Notes under the pieces: generated by a model | The model's input: the letters and a program-made list of their open reading frames with translations, nothing else | The model's database searches: none | Told to the model about the DNA's origin: nothing | Source: a virus | Direction: 5' to 3' (one strand) | DNA length: 64,000 nucleotides | IMG/VR virus record: IMGVR_UViG_3300046170_000301 | In this document: in pieces, positions 61,752-64,000 of the stretch | Layout: each line of letters starts with the position of its first letter | Numbering within the stretch: position 1 is the stretch's first letter | Made by a program: the position numbers and the translations under genes

Positions 61752-61823
61752 ATCAAGAATGGTGAGAATCTCGTTACCATTCTTACCTTTCTTCAGCATA
61801 CTAATCATCAATTTAGTGGGCAT
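61638..61823 (-). CDS. Small hypothetical protein whose C-terminus is made of array units
   Basis: AGGAG RBS; GKNGNEILTILDAI N-terminal motif. Confidence 0.7.
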   Translation of the reverse strand: MPTKLMISMLKKGKNGNEILTILDAITNNPVESVMETVTAVGDAITNNPTAVGNRNYNSSW

Positions 61824-61825
61824 AA

Positions 61826-61981
61826 TTACTCCTGAATAGTGTAGTCAATAATGTTGTCAATAATACTGTTATCATCGTAATCATAACAGTATTCTTCTTC
61901 TTTATGATAAAGAAGTTCTTGTTCATAATAAGAATCAAACTTTGACCATGATTCTCCTTTTGAAAATGATACTTTTACCAT
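61826..61981 (-). CDS. Small acidic Tyr-rich protein, 51 aa (MVKVSFSKGESWSKFDSYYEQEL...)
   Basis: Hand-translated; abuts next start. Confidence 0.6.
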   Translation of the reverse strand: MVKVSFSKGESWSKFDSYYEQELLYHKEEEYCYDYDDNSIIDNIIDYTIQE

Positions 61982-62021
61982 GATTATTCTGATTTTTGTT
62001 TACTATTTAATTGTTAATTCT

Positions 62022-62114
62022 TAATTTTTGAGATTTTCAAAAAACTTAATTTTCAAGTTTTCTTATTTTTCAAGTTTTCTTATTTTTTAAGTTTTTTGAA
62101 AATCTCAAAAATTA
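62022..62114. repeat. Perfect 28-bp inverted repeat with 37-nt loop containing a direct repeat
   Basis: 62022-62049 / 62087-62114 checked base by base. Confidence 0.9.
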
Positions 62115-62121
62115 GAAAATC

Positions 62122-62250
62122 TTACTTTCTCATAGGTGAACTATTGTAAGATTTGAAGATTGTAACCAGAATGAAGAGGGTGGCAACCACCCCCACAAAC
62201 CCCAACATGGTAATACTATTACCACTGAAGTCCAAAGTGTCAACAGTCAT
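62122..62250 (-). CDS. Small single-pass membrane protein, 42 aa (MTVDTLDFSGNSITMLGFVGVVATLFILVTIFKSYNSSPMRK)
   Basis: Hand-translated; one hydrophobic helix. Confidence 0.7.
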   Translation of the reverse strand: MTVDTLDFSGNSITMLGFVGVVATLFILVTIFKSYNSSPMRK

Positions 62251-62416
62251 AACACTTGTAGGCATCGAACTCATCTTGTAACATCTCCTGTGGATAAGTG
62301 TTCAAAAAAGAATTCATGTCAAGCATGAAGTTCATATGTTGCATCCAAGAGATACACTCCCAGAAACTGAAATCAAAATTGGTCTGATACAGATTGTAGC
62401 GGTCTTGGAGAAGCAT
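62240..62416 (-). CDS. Small hypothetical protein, 58 aa (MLLQDRYNLYQTNFDFSFWECISW...)
   Basis: Hand-translated; TGxTATGAT promoter and palindrome upstream. Confidence 0.6.
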   Translation of the reverse strand: MLLQDRYNLYQTNFDFSFWECISWMQHMNFMLDMNSFLNTYPQEMLQDEFDAYKCYDC

Positions 62417-62487
62417 GGTGTTCGTGAGTGGTGAACAATGTAATCATACATGATGGAGGCACCTCGTCGATGCCCCCTGTGCCACTT

Positions 62488-62769
62488 CTAAAATTGGTAG
62501 CCCTCGCTTTTAGCCCAGTCATAAAGTAACTGTTGCATCTCATGAAGAGAACCAGTGTACTCTTCATTACCAATGTTTAGATACCAAGTGCTAAACTTGT
62601 CATCATACAATGAGATTGTTAAAAATCCACTGTCATAAGCCTCTTCAAGTGATTCTGGCAATGGAAAACCTTTCTGTGTATTGTCTGGATAGACATAAAA
62701 CACATCATCACATTGATAATCTTCAACTCTTTGAGAACAAGTTGCAAATGAATAATAATCGTTTTTCAT
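62488..62769 (-). CDS. Early hypothetical protein
   Basis: Start trimmed to MKNDYY; stem-loop/promoter cassette upstream. Confidence 0.7.
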   Translation of the reverse strand: MKNDYYSFATCSQRVEDYQCDDVFYVYPDNTQKGFPLPESLEEAYDSGFLTISLYDDKFSTWYLNIGNEEYTGSLHEMQQLLYDWAKSEGYQF

Positions 62770-62843
62770 TTGGGGTGTCCGTTGATGACCTCTATACAAT
62801 ACATGGCTGGGGGGCCTCTGTGTGCCCCCCCTGTGACACTTAA

Positions 62844-63023
62844 TTAGATGGCACTGGTGCCCTTGCTAACCCACATGGCAAGCCTCATCGTAGAAGCCTT
62901 GCTAACGGCATCCTTAGACCGTCCAGCGGTCATAGCAGCGGTCTTAAGGCCACTCCGACCCACGTCAGTACGAGCAGCGGTCAGCACGTTACGAGCGCCC
63001 TGGAGCAGTTGCTGTTGAGTCAT
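62844..63023 (-). CDS. Small basic early protein with SKASTMRLAMW motif
   Basis: AGGAG RBS before MTQQQLL. Confidence 0.7.
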   Translation of the reverse strand: MTQQQLLQGARNVLTAARTDVGRSGLKTAAMTAGRSKDAVSKASTMRLAMWVSKGTSAI

Positions 63024-63147
63024 GGTCTCCTTTGAGTAGTGTGGTTGGTCGGGGTGTGCCCCCGATGTCTTAATAATAAGGCTTAGGGTCGTCCTTGGCA
63101 ACCCCTTTGGGACAGTCTCTCAACTGGCCACCAAGTGGTTGACAATT

Positions 63148-63187
63148 TCAAAAAAATAACCCCTTCCAGTGCTGACTGGGAGGGGTT
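63148..63187 (-). terminator. Intrinsic terminator
   Basis: AACCCCTCCCAGT-CAGC-ACTGGAAGGGGTT followed by U-tract. Confidence 0.75.
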
Positions 63188-63265
63188 GTGTGACACCATA
63201 TGAAATGCCACAAAAACAAACAGGAGAAAGAAAACTACGCTAATATAAACCTACGTTGGCATGTC

Positions 63266-63436
63266 TCATGCCCACTCATACTCATTATCGTAATCTTTGA
63301 AGCGATTTTGACGTTTGTTTCGTCTCTTTGACCTATTGGCATTTTGGATGTCATATCCAAAATTTTCATAGTCATCTTCAAAGATATCTACAGTTCTAAT
63401 GTTATCTGTAGAGTGTTTACGATTGTTTTTTGCCAT
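63266..63436 (-). CDS. Small charged hypothetical protein, 56 aa (MAKNNRKHSTDNIRTVDIFEDDYENFGY...)
   Basis: Hand-translated; AGGAG upstream. Confidence 0.65.
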   Translation of the reverse strand: MAKNNRKHSTDNIRTVDIFEDDYENFGYDIQNANRSKRRNKRQNRFKDYDNEYEWA

Positions 63437-63481
63437 TTTTTGACTGATTTTACTCCTTTTTAGTAAATTTTTCAGTATTTA

Positions 63482-63712
63482 TCACACATTTGCCAAAATT
63501 TGGAGGGTTTTGTCCTCTTTAATGGCTTTGTTGATAAATTGACCAACACTTTTGTTGTTTTCAATCACGTTTTGTAGTGAAACTACAAAGTTTGTGACAT
63601 CATTTGCCTGATAATCATATGAATTACCAGAACCTTTAAAGGTTACAGTAACAATGTTATCATTAACACTAATGTTACTAACAGCAGTGCTTACATAACT
63701 TGAAAATTCCAT
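63482..63712 (-). CDS. KTSC-like domain protein
   Basis: STAVSNI...VTVTFKGSGNSYDY...SVGQFINKAIK pattern. Confidence 0.7.
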   Translation of the reverse strand: MEFSSYVSTAVSNISVNDNIVTVTFKGSGNSYDYQANDVTNFVVSLQNVIENNKSVGQFINKAIKEDKTLQILANV

Positions 63713-63742
63713 AATTTGTAAAAAAGGTTTAAAGTTTAATTT

Positions 63743-63831
63743 TCAAGAAAATGAGTTTTTCAAAAAATCAAAAATCTCAAAAAAATGAAAAAATCGAAAA
63801 AATAAATTTTTTGAAAAACTCATTTTCTTGA
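63743..63831. repeat. Perfect 26-bp inverted repeat with 37-nt loop in the 5' leader of the KTSC-like gene
   Basis: 63743-63768 / 63806-63831 checked base by base. Confidence 0.9.
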
Positions 63832-63838
63832 CTCTCTT

Positions 63839-63897
63839 AATATACATCACCTGGCTGGCCCTGTCAAGCCCCCTGTGCCAGTCCCCAAACTGTCTCA
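63839..63897 (-). promoter_or_regulatory. Early promoter TTGACA-17-TATATT with upstream 24-bp palindromic motif
   Basis: tgtcaa 63862-63867; aatata 63839-63844; tgtgccagt-N6-actgtctca 63874-63897. Confidence 0.8.
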
Positions 63898-64000
63898 CAT
63901 TTTCTCCAAGGCTCTAGGAGGCCCCTAGAAGGGCCTACAAGGCCCTTTGTGACATTTTGAGACCTGGCATACATCTCCTTGACTTTTGGGAGCTTGTAGG

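Noticed and set aside
63139-63170. Plus-strand promoter from TTGACA at 63139
   Set aside because: No credible -10 at 16-18 bp spacing
1-64000. tRNA, rRNA or photosynthesis genes
   Set aside because: No cloverleaf/T-loop context or psbA/hli-like ORF recognised by eye; tRNAscan-SE would be the definitive check

Overview
A 64 kb segment of a T4-like cyanomyophage genome (Kyanoviridae-like gene set and order). Every credible gene lies on the minus strand. By window position: 1-14.2 kb holds hsp20, regA, the clamp/clamp-loader genes gp62-44-45, a cobS-like MoxR AAA+ ATPase with a peptidase-VWA partner, gp46/47, gp55, uvsW and uvsY. 14.2-57.1 kb is the late morphogenesis module: gp3, head genes gp23-20, tail gp19/18, terminase gp17/16, neck gp15-13, a 17-aa-repeat tail fibre with a C-terminal chaperone, a large virion protein split by a 1-nt frameshift, baseplate gp8/7/6/25 and a PAAR protein. 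57.1-64 kb is an unusual early/origin-like region. It contains an AT-rich palindromic tandem array, three long perfect AT-rich inverted repeats (26-32 bp arms), and a GC-rich run of one-gene cassettes, each with a duplicated sigma70 promoter/stem-loop. It also has a recurring 24-bp palindromic operator, an ORF-less promoter-driven RNA candidate, two KTSC-like genes, a Gp88-like gene, and a 25-unit non-triplet minisatellite that grew out of the 3' end of a small gene. I saw no tRNA, rRNA, CRISPR array, intron or intein. All family assignments come from recognising motifs and gene order by eye, not from database searches.
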